A stretch of 63,787 nucleotides of DNA, counting the filler, from Octopus bimaculoides (taxonomy: Eukaryota), in the NCBI RefSeq assembly GCF_001194135.2. It is 7 parts of 7 records of this genome, joined end to end, with 100 filler letters (N's around TTAATTAATTAA, not from the genome) between each part and the next. Parts side by side here need not be neighbours in the genome. Positions count along the whole stretch, not along the records: positions 16,473 to 32,470 come from NC_068991.1; positions 32,571 to 49,467 come from NC_068984.1; 5 more parts are not named here. One strand, written 5' to 3'. Below are positions 24,951 to 37,196 of this stretch, one piece after another. Under the pieces are notes generated by a model. That model saw only the letters and a list, made by a program, of their open reading frames with translations, was not told the DNA's origin and made no database searches. How positions within the stretch are numbered: position 1 is the first letter of the stretch; every line of letters starts with the position of its first letter. Both the position numbers and the translations under genes were made by a program.

Positions 24951-25807
24951 TATGGAAATTTTGCCGTGTCAGTGTGATAATATTGGTGTGGCCGTCGACG
25001 TGAGAGATACTGCTGTTTAAGAGGGGGGAAAGAAAAAAAGAACAACAACCTATATGTAATTCCCCAGTCGTAGAGACCTTAAAAAGGCTGTGGGTACCAG
25101 CTCTTCTTTCTGAAAGGACGCCTTAATAGACAATACTAAAAACAGTCTAAATGCACTGAGTCTGTCATTTCGTTCTCTTCTGATATTCCTTAATTGTAAT
25201 TCCTACGTGGAGGAAACGGATTTCTGTTGTCTTTTTTTGTTTTATTTTTGTCTAAAAGATCTCGAAATATACAAAAATAGATAAATAGGCAAATAAATAA
25301 ATAAATAGATAAAATAAAAATTATCTCCCCCCACCTCATAGATAAAGCAGTGCACGTACACACATTCACGTGATCACAGGTTCATAAATAAAAAAACACA
25401 AGCACACATCTATAACAGACATACATATGCAGACTTAAGTGTGTAGATAGAGAGACAGATAGACAAATAATAATGTAGATTGATAGAGAGATAGAGAGAT
25501 ACACATACACATACAGACATATAAGTGCATGTATACACACACACATATATATATAACATACATATGAATATATATAAGCACGTATATAATCTATGAATAA
25601 GCGCATACATACACATCTACATCAGCCTATCTACGTAATTATATACATACACACACGTATGACGAGATGTACACTCACACATATGCGTATATTATATACA
25701 CATACTCACATGCACACAAACGTACATGCAAACTAGCACACACACAAACACACACACATATATATATAAACATACGACAATACATACCACCATACATATA
25801 CATATAA

Positions 25808-25856
<49 letters not shown>

Positions 25857-27343
25857 GATACATACATCCATACATGCATAGATACATACACACATATACA
25901 TAGATGCATGTACATGGACACATACATAAATGTACATGCACAAACATACGTAAATACATGAATACATGCATACACATATATATAGATACATACACACACA
26001 TGCATATTTACATACTTACATGCATACACATATACATACATATGCACACACATAAATACATACATACACACATATACTTAGATACACACATACACACACA
26101 TACATACATACGCACCCATACATACATACACATACACGCACATACATACATACATATACACACANNNNNNNNNNNNNNNNNNNNNNNNNNNNNNNNNNNN
26201 NNNNNNNNNNNNNNNNNNNNNNNNNNNNNNNNNNNNNNNNNNNNNNNNNNNNNNNNNNNNNNNNNNNNNNNNNNNNNNNNNNNNNNNNNNNNNNNNNNNN
26301 NNNNNNNNNNNNNNNNNNNNNNNNNNNNNNNNNNNNNNNNNNNNNNNNNNNNNNNNNNNNNNNNNNNNNNNNNNNNNNNNNNNNNNNNNNNNNNNNNNNN
26401 NNNNNNNNNNNNNNNNNNNNNNNNNNNNNNNNNNNNNNNNNNNNNNNNNNNNNNNNNNNNNNNNNNNNNNNNNNNNNNNNNNNNNNNNNNNNNNNNNNNN
26501 NNNNNNNNNNNNNNNNNNNNNNNNNNNNNNNNNNNNNNNNNNNNNNNNNNNNNNNNNNNNNNNNNNNNNNNNNNNNNNNNNNNNNNNNNNNNNNNNNNNN
26601 NNNNNNNNNNNNNNNNNNNNNNNNNNNNNNNNNNNNNNNNNNNNNNNNNNNNNNNNNNNNNNNNNNNNNNNNNNNNNNNNNNNNNNNNNNNNNNNNNNNN
26701 NNNNNNNNNNNNNNNNNNNNNNNNNNNNNNNNNNNNNNNNNNNNNNNNNNNNNNNNNNNNNNNNNNNNNNNNNNNNNNNNNNNNNNNNNNNNNNNNNNNN
26801 NNNNNNNNNNNNNNNNNNNNNNNNNNNNNNNNNNNNNNNNNNNNNNNNNNNNNNNNNNNNNNNNNNNNNNNNNNNNNNNNNNNNNNNNNNNNNNNNNNNN
26901 NNNNNNNNNNNNNNNNNNNTATATATATATATATATATATATATATTCACGCACACACACATACTGATATATACACATACTCATATATACACGAATAATT
27001 ATACATACATATATGTATAATTATATATATATGTATATATATATGTGTGTTTGCGTGCGCGTGCGTCGGTTCCTTGACGTTTATCAATCTTCTGTGACGA
27101 TTCGCATTTCCGCTTTGATGTCTCTTACTTTAAAACATAAAACCAATCACTCACTCACACACACACTCACTCACCGACGCACTTACATACACACACGAGC
27201 GCACGCACACACACAACTATAGGCACTTGATCAATTTCAGTCTGTCTATGTGTAGCACACACCGACTCCAATACATATTTCAATACGTTTATATATGTAT
27301 ATATGTGTGTGTGTGCGTGCGTGTATTTGTGTTTGTGTTTGTG

Positions 27344-27374
<31 letters not shown>

Positions 27375-28506
27375 ATATATTTATGGCTGTAGACATATGG
27401 ATGTATAATAACTTCAAGATTATCTACTTATATATATATATGATATATATGAACGAAGTTATCTCCACCTTTGTGTGTCGCTATCTCATATTCTCTGTTG
27501 GGTTCATATAATATATATATATATATATANNNNNNNNNNNNNNNNNNNNNNNNNNNNNNNNNNNNNNNNNNNNNNNNNNNNNNNNNNNNNNNNNNNNNNN
27601 NNNNNNNNNNNNNNNNNNNNNNNNNNNNNNNNNNNNNNNNNNNNNNNNNNNNNNNNNNNNNNNNNNNNNNNNNNNNNNNNNNNNNNNNNNNNNNNNNNNN
27701 NNNNNNNNNNNNNNNNNNNNNNNNNNNNNNNNNNNNNNNNNNNNNNNNNNNNNNNNNNNNNNNNNNNNNNNNNNNNNNNNNNNNNNNNNNNNNNNNNNNN
27801 NNNNNNNNNNNNNNNNNNNNNNNNNNNNNNNNNNNNNNNNNNNNNNNNNNNNNNNNNNNNNNNNNNNNNNNNNNNNNNNNNNNNNNNNNNNNNNNNNNNN
27901 NNNNNNNNNNNNNNNNNNNNNNNNNNNNNNNNNNNNNNNNNNNNNNNNNNNNNNNNNNNNNNNNNNNNNNNNNNNNNNNNNNNNNNNNNNNNNNNNNNNN
28001 NNNNNNNNNNNNNNNNNNNNNNNNNNNNNNNNNNNNNNNNNNNNNNNNNNNNNNNNNNNNNNNNNNNNNNNNNNNNNNNNNNNNNNNNNNNNNNNNNNNN
28101 NNNNNNNNNNNNNNNNNNNNNNNNNNNNNNNNNNNNNNNNNNNNNNNNNNNNNNNNNNNNNNNNNNNNNNNNNNNNNNNNNNNNNNNNNNNNNNNNNNNN
28201 NNNNNNNNNNNNNNNNNNNNNNNNNNNNNNNNNNNNNNNNNNNNNNNNNNNNNNNNNNNNNNNNNNNNNNNNNNNNNNNNNNNNNNNNNNNNNNNNNNNN
28301 NNNNNNNNNNNNNNNNNNNNNNNNNNNNNNNNNNNNNNNNNNNNNNNNNNNNNNNNNNNNNNNNNNNNNNNNNNNNNNNNNNNNNNNNNNNNNNNNNNNN
28401 NNNNNNNNNNNNNNNNNNNNNNNNNNNNNNNNNNNNNNNNNNNNNNNNNNNNNNNNNNNNNNNNNNNNNNNNNNNNNNNNNNNNNNNNNNNNNNNNNNNN
28501 NNNNNN

Positions 28507-28544
<38 letters not shown>

Positions 28545-28598
28545 CATATATATATATATGTATGTGTACATATACATATATGTATGTATGCATGTATG

Positions 28599-28629
<31 letters not shown>

Positions 28630-28646
28630 ATACATACATATATATA

Positions 28647-29123
28647 TAAGAGAGGGTACGCAAAACAAACCGGAATTTTGCAATGTTAATTTATTCCCTT
28701 TCATCGCCTCCAAAATATTCTCCATTTGAAGCAATGAATCTGTCCAGACGCGTTTTCCACTGTTCCAAGCAATGCTAGAACTCTTGCGATGTGATACCTC
28801 CTTGTTTTTTGGGGGTTTTTTTCTTCACCTCTTCCGTATCTGCAAATTTCGTAGCTCCAGCTTTCATCACCTGTGATCAACTGCTATTTGAAGCATGACA
28901 CCTGTATCAGCCGCTGGTTTCCTCCGGCAGAAAGCACGCTGTTCCTTAGTTTCAACCATCGCAGAAATCGACGAACAGCGGGAGAAGCACTGCAAAACAA
29001 GGGGCAGTACCACAGCAGTGGACGACGCTTGTTGATAGACTGATGTCTGAGGGTTGCACCAAGTGGCTTCTTGCGGCAAAACTCGAACTACAAGGGGTAT
29101 GTTACTTTTGGGTACCTCACGTA
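28647..29123 (-). mobile_element. Internally deleted mariner derivative, family of 53256-54097
   Basis: Imperfect TIRs GAGGGTACGCAAAACAAACCGG and GTTACTTTTGGGTACCTCACG within TA tracts. Minus strand encodes MVETKEQRA and C-terminal QWKTRLDRFIASNGEYFGGD. Confidence 0.8.
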
Positions 29124-29227
29124 TATATATATATATATAGTTCGAATTTACAGAAAACAAAATAGGAAGACAGATGAAGGAACAACAAGTAGGTGTATTA
29201 GTTTGACACTCAGGAAGGATGGAAAAG

Positions 29228-29265
29228 CCTTTAACGTTTCGATCCTACGCTCTTCGACAGAAAGG
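29228..29265 (-). ncRNA. Minimal hammerhead-like motif with variant core
   Basis: CCTTT-CTGTCGA-A-GAGC-GTAG-GATC-GAAA-CG-TT^AAAGG. Stem I is a perfect 5 bp; A6 is replaced by T. Part of a short element at about 29130-29290 homologous to 61722-61880. Confidence 0.55.
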
Positions 29266-29489
29266 AATGAGAGGCATAAACCTGGAGAGAGATCGCAAAA
29301 AGATTTAGCTGTTATTTTAGCAGATGGTGCTCACATATCCGGCAACGTTGATGGCGTCATACGTTGAGATTTTATGTAGAACCTCTATTATTGACTGTTG
29401 AGGTCGTTGCTTTAAATCAAGGAACAGAGATCAAAAACGACGAAAAGGTTGTTTCTATGAACATATTGGAATATATTGGTTATGGTAAG

Positions 29490-29705
29490 GAGGGGAGCTG
29501 GTAGAATCGTTAGCGCGCCGGGCAAAATACTTGGCGGCATTTCGTTCGCCTTTGAACGTTATGAGTTCAAATTCCGCTGAGGTTGATTTTGCATTTCATC
29601 ATTTCGGCGTCGATAAAATAAGTACCAATCGAACATTGGGTCGACGTAATTGACTTACCACCCTCCGCCGATATTGCTGACCTTTTGTCAAAATTTAAAA
29701 CCAAT
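29490..29705 (+). mobile_element. SINE family B
   Basis: GAGCTGGTAGAATCGTTAGCGCGCCGGGC...GAGTTCAAATTCCGC...TCGATAAAATAAGTACC. Confidence 0.8.
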
Positions 29706-29980
29706 GCATTGGTTATTGTAGCTTGTATGAAATTCTCGTGGAAAATTTAGCTGCTAGACTGAGTAGCTATACAGGCTAACCATAAATTATCTAACTAGCG
29801 TTTGAGGCCGATATTCTAAAGAATTTCTTATAAAAAAAATTAGGTTCCTTTGTGATCAAACCATCTGTCATATACGGTAGACGAACTTGTTGGCAGTCAA
29901 TGCCTGATATGATGGAAACAGCAGACAAATTTCTCACAAATTATACATTACTGTCTTTAAAAATGGAGAATACATTAGGC

Positions 29981-30120
29981 CAGTGGTTCCCAAGCATTTT
30001 CGGGCTGCCACCCCCTTCACATCCAGGCCGCATTCCTAGCGCCCCAACCCCAACTAACCATCACAAATATAAACCTCTTTCTTAAGCAAATTCAAAGAAA
30101 CTGTATTTTACAAATAAAAC
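29981..30120 (+). mobile_element. Possible hAT (Charlie-like) left end
   Basis: Begins CAGTGGTTCCCAA, a typical hAT terminus. No matching right end is seen. Confidence 0.35.
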
Positions 30121-30129
30121 TTAACCTAA

Positions 30130-30300
30130 TGCGTAGGAGTGGCTGTGTGGTAAGTAGCTTGCTTACCAACCACATGGTTCAGGGTTCAGTCCCACTGCGT
30201 GGCACCTTGGGCAAATGTCTTCTACTATAGCGCCGGGCCGACCAAAGCCTTGTGAGTGGGTTTGATAGAAGGAAACTGAAAGAAGACCGCTGTGTATATG

Positions 30301-30335
<35 letters not shown>

Positions 30336-30339
30336 ATGT
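30130..30339 (+). mobile_element. SINE family A head plus internal (TA)(TG), running into a gap
   Basis: GCGTAGGAGTGGCTGTGTGGTAAG...GGTTCAGTCCC. Confidence 0.85.
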
Positions 30340-30846
30340 NNNNNNNNNNNNNNNNNNNNNNNNNNNNNNNNNNNNNNNNNNNNNNNNNNNNNNNNNNNNN
30401 NNNNNNNNNNNNNNNNNNNNNNNNNNNNNNNNNNNNNNNNNNNNNNNNNNNNNNNNNNNNNNNNNNNNNNNNNNNNNNNNNNNNNNNNNNNNNNNNNNNN
30501 NNNNNNNNNNNNNNNNNNNNNNNNNNNNNNNNNNNNNNNNNNNNNNNNNNNNNNNNNNNNNNNNNNNNNNNNNNNNNNNNNNNNNNNNNNNNNNNNNNNN
30601 NNNNNNNNNNNNNNNNNNNNNNNNNNNNNNNNNNNNNNNNNNNNNNNNNNNNNNNNNNNNNNNNNNNNNNNNNNNNNNNNNNNNNNNNNNNNNNNNNNNN
30701 NNNNNNNNNNNNNNNNNNNNNNNNNNNNNNNNNNNNNNNNNNNNNNNNNNNNNNNNNNNNNNNNNNNNNNNNNNNNNNNNNNNNNNNNNNNNNNNNNNNN
30801 NNNNNNNNNNNNNNNNNNNNNNNNNNNNNNNNNNNNNNNNNNNNNA

Positions 30847-31153
30847 ACGTGCAAGTGGCTGAGCACTCCACAGATACGTGTACCCTTAACGTAGTTCTTG
30901 GGGATATTCAGCGTGACACAGTGTGACAAGGCTGACCCTTTGAATTACAGGCACAACAGAAACAGGAAGTAAGAATGAGAGAAAGTTGTGGTGAAAGAGT
31001 ACAGCAGGGTTCACCACCATCCCCTGCCGGAGCCTCGTGGAGCTTTAGGTGTTTTCGCTCAATAAACACTCACAACGCCCGGTCCGGGAATCGAAACCGC
31101 GATCCTATGATCGCGAGTCCGCTGCCCTAACCACTGGGCCATTGCGCCTCCAC
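30847..31153 (-). mobile_element. SINE family C with intact tRNA-like head
   Basis: Minus strand GTGGAGGCGCAATGGCCCAGTGGTTAGGGCAGCGGACTCGCG...GGTTTCGATTCCCGG, with A and B boxes. Confidence 0.85.
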
Positions 31154-31299
31154 AAACTGCACGATAAGGATCGAGCTTCCGGGACTCAGAGAACAATACA
31201 ATGCTTTCTAAGGAGTTATATTTAGTAGTTATATTGAACAGGTTGCTCTTTGATATATGAACTCCTACAACAGACTATATTTCATTTGTTGACCATTAT

Positions 31300-31500
31300 C
31301 TATTACTTGTTTCAGGGATTGGACTGCAGCCATACTGGAGCACCAACTTGAAAGGTTGAGTCGAACAAATTTGATTCTAGTACTTGTTTTCTACTTTTTA
31401 AATCTGGTACTTATTCTATCCGTCTCTTTTGTCGAACCCCTAGGTTAAGTGGGATGTAAATACTTACACCTGTTGTTAAACGGTGGTAAGACACACACAG
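31300..31500 (-). mobile_element. Diverged SINE family A 3' half
   Basis: TACTTGTTTCAG...CCATACTGGAGCACC...GGTACTTATTCTATCCGTCTCTTTTGTCGAACC. Confidence 0.7.
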
Positions 31501-31621
31501 ACACACAGAAGCACACACACACATACACGCCCATACACACACACGCACACGTACACAAAGACACGCACACATATATATGCATATGTATATGCCTATCTAT
31601 CTATATATCTATCTGTCAGTC

Positions 31622-32103
31622 TACCAATCAATGCTCAAGTCTACTGTCAGGAATTAGAGTGTTTGAACCAAGCTTTGAAGGAAAAAAGACCCACTATAGT
31701 GAATCGAAAAGGAGTGATGTTTCATCAGGACAATGCACGACCCCACACAGCAAAGATCAAATCACAGAAGATCGAAGAGCTTGGTTGGGAAAAAATTCCT
31801 CATCCACCTTATTCTCCCGACCTTGCTCCTTCAGACTACCATTTGTTTCGTAGTTTACAGAAGCATTTGGGGGTCATAACTTTCGCAAGCCATGAGGAGG
31901 TCGAAGCTGACATTTCAGAGTTCTTCGCTTTGAAACCAAAAGAGTTTTATATTGATGGGACTAAAAAACCTTGTAAATAGATGGAAGGAAGTCATAGATA
32001 ATCAGGGAAAGTACATTGATGATTAAATTTCAATTAAATATAACATTTAATCACTTGTTTTCTTCATTCAAAATTCGGCCAGAACTTATGGGATGACCTG
32101 ATA
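31622..32103 (+). mobile_element. Mariner transposon 3' half with right TIR
   Basis: ORF 31483-31980 contains FHQDNARPH...HPPYSPDLAPSDYHLF (D,D34D type). Right TIR CAGAACTTATGGGATGACCTGA followed by TA. Confidence 0.9.
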
Positions 32104-32514
32104 CATACGTACGCACATACATACATACATACATACATACATGCGTAGAGGCATGCACACATGTATACGCATCTAAACATAAGCATACGTACATTCATGT
32201 ACACACGCGTATTTACATATATACATACATATTTACATATATACATACATACGTACATACGTACATACGTACATACATACATACATACATACATACATAC
32301 ATACATACATACACACATACATACGTACATATATATCATGAACTAACTGTTACTTTCTCAAATGCAGCACAGAATTTTGTCAGTGAACAGGTCGCGGTCT
32401 CAAAGCGACGAAAATATTTTGGCAAATTGAATTTAAATCTTGAAGTTAATCTAACGGTTTTTGTGTGTTTNNNNNNNNNNNNNNNNNNNNNNNNNNNNNN
32501 NNNNNNNNNNNNNN

Positions 32515-32526
32515 TTAATTAATTAA
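32515..32526. other. Artificial assembly spacer TTAATTAATTAA
   Basis: 44 N on each side. Confidence 0.95.
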
Positions 32527-32827
32527 NNNNNNNNNNNNNNNNNNNNNNNNNNNNNNNNNNNNNNNNNNNNACATATATATATATATACATACATACATAC
32601 ATACATACATACGCACATGCATATATTCATGCATATATACGCACATACATACATGTGTCTACGTATGTGTACTACCAATGATGTGAACACAACCATGCAG
32701 TAATGCACACGCATGCGTATTTAGATACAAGTCTGAGTCGACGTGTGTAATTGTGTGATACATGTGCCTGTAATTGCACAATAGCTTTATGGATATTAAG
32801 GAGTGTCTAGTAAATTAAATAATTTTG

Positions 32828-32890
32828 TACTACTACTACTGCTGTTGCTGCTGCAACTACTGCTACTACAACTACTACTAGTAGCAGTAT

Positions 32891-32936
<46 letters not shown>

Positions 32937-32949
32937 GGTGGTGGTGGTG

Positions 32950-32980
<31 letters not shown>

Positions 32981-33026
32981 CAGTAGTAGTAGTAGTAGTA
33001 GTAGCAGTAGTAGTAGTAGTAGTAGT
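32828..33026. repeat. Compound (CTA)/(TAG)/(TGG) microsatellite
   Basis: Read directly. Confidence 0.95.
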
Positions 33027-33096
33027 AAATTGCTTGATTTTTGTTCTATTAAAGCGAAAGTAGTTTCTAAATTGTGGTAGTGCCATTATTATTATT

Positions 33097-33573
33097 GTTC
33101 AGTAGTTTTATTTTTATAACGTGCTTTCACTTCACTACCGAGCGCAGCTATGTGTGCCTTGGGTATGTGCTGTGGTTTGCTGTGATGCTCTTATGGTTAC
33201 TGTATTGAAAGTCTTTTGCGTAGGGTGTGTGCAGTGCCCAGTAGTGCAATTTTCTGTATGTTATATATATTTGTGAAATCTTGGTGTTTTTGTTATGTAT
33301 TTGTCTGAATATTTTTTTATCATACCTAATGTACCCACTATGATAGGAATCGTTTCTCTTTTTAGATTTCACATTCGAGTTACCTTTATCTCCAGGTCTT
33401 TGCATTTTGAAAGTTTCTCCATTTCTTTTAGAGAAACGTTGTCATCTGCTGGCATTGATACATCAGTTAGAAAGCATGTTTTTTCTTCATGATCTCTGAC
33501 AACTATATCTGGCATATTGGCCTTAATTTCTCTATTGGCATATCCCAGAGTATGGTTGTTTTCTGTGAACTTT
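33097..33573 (-). mobile_element. R4/Dong-like 3' fragment (restriction-like endonuclease domain plus 3' UTR), with TAA repeats at both ends
   Basis: NREIKANMPDIVVRDHEEKTCFLTDVSMPADDNVSLKEMEKLSKCKDLEI matches the PD..D RLE motif. (ATT)n at 33085-33096 and 33574-33663. Confidence 0.9.
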
Positions 33574-33604
33574 ATTATCATCATCATTATTACTATTATT
33601 ATTA

Positions 33605-33663
<59 letters not shown>

Positions 33664-33915
33664 GAGAGTGGAGAAGAAGATGCTGCCTTCCCAGCAATTT
33701 AGATAAGGTAGATAAGAGTGACGTGCATGGTCCGAGTAAACGCACTTGTTCTGAGCATGCGCTTTTAGAATGGAGGAGGATAAATGGGGAGAGGACACTT
33801 GCCCCAACTATCCTGGTGACCGTGTTGACTATAGTGTTTGTGTGGTTTTCAAGAGTAGCGCTTGAGGAAGTATTCCTTGTTTGAATTTCGTATTTTCTAG
33901 TTTTGGTCATTTTAC
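33664..33915 (-). other. Unclassified segment ending at an (AAT)n tract (element Y)
   Basis: Minus strand ends ...CTTCTTCTCCACTCTC|AATAAT. No coding motif recognised. Confidence 0.3.
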
Positions 33916-34855
33916 TTTTTCATATTCTTTAACGTAATCTCACACTCAATCGTCCTGTTTCACCCATTTTTTTCTTAATAGTTACGAAAGAAAATATCAT
34001 CATTACTGTTGCTGTCGTTGTTTCTGCTGCTGATGTTGTTGTTGTTGTTCTTACTGAGGTAGTGAATTGACTGAATCGTTAGCGCGTCGAACAAAATACT
34101 TAGAGGTATTTCTTCTAGCCCTTCACGTTCTGAGTTTTCAGAACAAACTTTGAAGCTAGACCCCGGCTGAGATTTGAACTATAGCCCTCGGTTTTTCCCA
34201 GACTAGAAACACGAACAAATATATTTCCATGAAAGGAAAAATATCGCCATAAAATGTATGACGCCTACGCAAGTATGGTTCTACCAATCAGCACTAGCTG
34301 ACGTATTATGGCTGGGGCAGTAATCTTCAAAAGAGGTAAACAAGCTTCCCTGTCAAAAAGTTTGGCCGAAGGGTCTTAAAGGATGGTTAACAACTATAAA
34401 AAGTTATCAAATTCAACCTAACAAAATAGCCGCTGAGCGGTCAAATGTAATCATAGGTAACGTGCTTACGTCGTAGTCGACAAAATGCCCAAACTGTTAA
34501 CTGTAGTGTCCAGTAAGACATTAGTTATATATACAGTGATTAGTTTCCTTGCTCTACCTTCATTGCATCATCAAGCAAGTTATAAACAGAAGGTTCCTAA
34601 CCCTTTAGTTTACTGAACATCTATTCATTAATTTATTGTGTGTATATTGATGAATATAATGATACAGGACGAGTAAATTTTAGTGTGGTCATTGTCTATA
34701 CACACAACCTACCCCACATTGTGAATTGTCTAAAAGAAATATATGCCTATATATATATGTATTCGCTGTAAAAATAAATAAGCCTTGTTGGCAATAATCT
34801 AAATCTTTAATATCAAGGATTGATCAAATCTCCCTAAGGACAATTTGGCCTTTTA

Positions 34856-35248
34856 ATATTCTGGGATGCGATGACGTGTCAATGCCAGGAGATCAATATA
34901 TTATCATGAAAGAAAGAAAAAAAGATCGACAGATATAGAGACCTGAGAATTGAGATCGCTAAGATGTGGCAGCTGCGGGAGTCAAACATAAAAGTTGTCC
35001 CTATTGTCATCGGAGCAGTGGGTTCAATAACAACCAAACTGAAATATCATCTGAACACTTTTGATATACTCTAAAATCTTGGTACATTACAAAAATCGGC
35101 TTTACTTGGAACTGCACGCATACAGCGTAAAGTACTTTCTGTCTGAGATCCTTGTTGTGACTTGACAAGCAGTACTTCTCCCTTCCCTCCAGAATACACA
35201 ATATCTTCAATCTACAAAAACCCAGTATCGGACATTGTGCGACACCTT
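34856..35248 (+). mobile_element. R4/Dong-like 3' end followed by (AAT)n
   Basis: DVSMPGDQYIIMKERKKIDRYRDLRIEIAKMW...VVPIVIGAVG...LQKSALLGTARI, then a 3' UTR ending CACCTTC|AATAAT. Confidence 0.9.
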
Positions 35249-35249
35249 C

Positions 35250-35288
<39 letters not shown>

Positions 35289-35603
35289 CCAAACTAAAAC
35301 TAGAACAGCAACGGACCATGATAAGACGATGGCAAGAAAAGCCCCTACATGGTAAATACTGGGCTAAACTAAATGCGAAAGAAATAGACAGAGAAAAATC
35401 CCAGCAATGGCTGAGAAGCTCAGGACTCAAAGCAGAGACTGAAGGATTTTTAATTGCTGCACAAGACCAGAGCCTCCCCACCAGAAATGACCAAAAACAC
35501 ATAATGAAAAGAAATATAACAAGTAACTGTAGAATATGTGGAGATCGACAAGAAACAATAAATCATATTATCTCTGGCTGCCCAGTCCTGGCTAAGAAGG
35601 AAT
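35289..35603 (+). mobile_element. 5'-truncated R4/Dong-like copy (zinc-knuckle region) starting right after (AAT)n
   Basis: WQEKPLHGKY...ETEGFLIAAQDQSLPT...CRICGDRQETINHIISGCPVLAKKE. Confidence 0.92.
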
Positions 35604-36542
35604 NNNNNNNNNNNNNNNNNNNNNNNNNNNNNNNNNNNNNNNNNNNNNNNNNNNNNNNNNNNNNNNNNNNNNNNNNNNNNNNNNNNNNNNNNNNNNNNNN
35701 NNNNNNNNNNNNNNNNNNNNNNNNNNNNNNNNNNNNNNNNNNNNNNNNNNNNNNNNNNNNNNNNNNNNNNNNNNNNNNNNNNNNNNNNNNNNNNNNNNNN
35801 NNNNNNNNNNNNNNNNNNNNNNNNNNNNNNNNNNNNNNNNNNNNNNNNNNNNNNNNNNNNNNNNNNNNNNNNNNNNNNNNNNNNNNNNNNNNNNNNNNNN
35901 NNNNNNNNNNNNNNNNNNNNNNNNNNNNNNNNNNNNNNNNNNNNNNNNNNNNNNNNNNNNNNNNNNNNNNNNNNNNNNNNNNNNNNNNNNNNNNNNNNNN
36001 NNNNNNNNNNNNNNNNNNNNNNNNNNNNNNNNNNNNNNNNNNNNNNNNNNNNNNNNNNNNNNNNNNNNNNNNNNNNNNNNNNNNNNNNNNNNNNNNNNNN
36101 NNNNNNNNNNNNNNNNNNNNNNNNNNNNNNNNNNNNNNNNNNNNNNNNNNNNNNNNNNNNNNNNNNNNNNNNNNNNNNNNNNNNNNNNNNNNNNNNNNNN
36201 NNNNNNNNNNNNNNNNNNNNNNNNNNNNNNNNNNNNNNNNNNNNNNNNNNNNNNNNNNNNNNNNNNNNNNNNNNNNNNNNNNNNNNNNNNNNNNNNNNNN
36301 NNNNNNNNNNNNNNNNNNNNNNNNNNNNNNNNNNNNNNNNNNNNNNNNNNNNNNNNNNNNNNNNNNNNNNNNNNNNNNNNNNNNNNNNNNNNNNNNNNNN
36401 NNNNNNNNNNNNNNNNNNNNNNNNNNNNNNNNNNNNNNNNNNNNNNNNNNNNNNNNNNNNNNNNNNNNNNNNNNNNNNNNNNNNNNNNNNNNNNNNNNNN
36501 NNNNNNNNNNNNNNNNNNNNNNNNNNNNNNNNNNNNNNNNNN

Positions 36543-36802
36543 ACTGCAAGAATTTTTCGCTAGGTTCTTGCAGCATGACCAGTTAACAAGTGTCACCTTA
36601 GTCTGCTGGCTGTGGAAGACTGACATTTTCCATCATATCCAGCGAAATAAGCTGTGAGGTTTCATATAATAATATGTCTTGGTATAAAAGATGGGCTACA
36701 GCTAATATTCTGCTCAATACTACACATTTGCTTGTCAGTTGTTTGACCTTAGCCAGTTGAGCATGTCCCTAGGTGGCTGACGATATGTGCATCTCTGATC
36801 AC
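36543..36802 (+). repeat. 260-bp exact duplicate of 37065-37324, probably an assembly artefact
   Basis: Identical by eye at offset 522 and bounded by N gaps on both sides. Confidence 0.85.
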
Positions 36803-36857
36803 NNNNNNNNNNTAATAATAATAATAATAATAATAATAACAACAACAATAATAATAA

Positions 36858-37188
36858 CAACACCATCAAAGAGAAAGAAGAAAAATGAACAACTATGACG
36901 ATTTGAAGTAGGAAATACGAAGATTGTGGACGATGAGGAGAGTAGACAAGGTAGCAACAGTAATTGGCGCACTTGGCAGTATCAGCACTCAACTACCAAC
37001 ATGGCTCAAAAAGATTGGTACAAAAGTAAATATAGAACATTTACAAAAATCAGCATTGCTTGGAACTGCAAGAATTTTTCGCTAGGTTCTTGCAGCATGA
37101 CCAGTTAACAAGTGTCACCTTAGTCTGCTGGCTGTGGAAGACTGACATTTTCCATCATATCCAGCGAAATAAGCTGTGAGGTTTCATA
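36858..37188 (+). mobile_element. R4/Dong-like 3' end flanked by AAT repeats
   Basis: IKEKEEK*..YDDLK*EIRRLW...VIGALGS...LQKSALLGTARI, then a 3' UTR followed by ATAATAATA. Confidence 0.85.
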
Positions 37189-37196
37189 TAATAATA

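Noticed and set aside
29852-29960. IKPSVIYGRRTCW resembling an RTE thumb motif
   Set aside because: Too short and diverged to call without a search.
31080-31153. tRNA gene
   Set aside because: The tRNA-like head continues into a SINE body and is multicopy; it has no proper acceptor stem.
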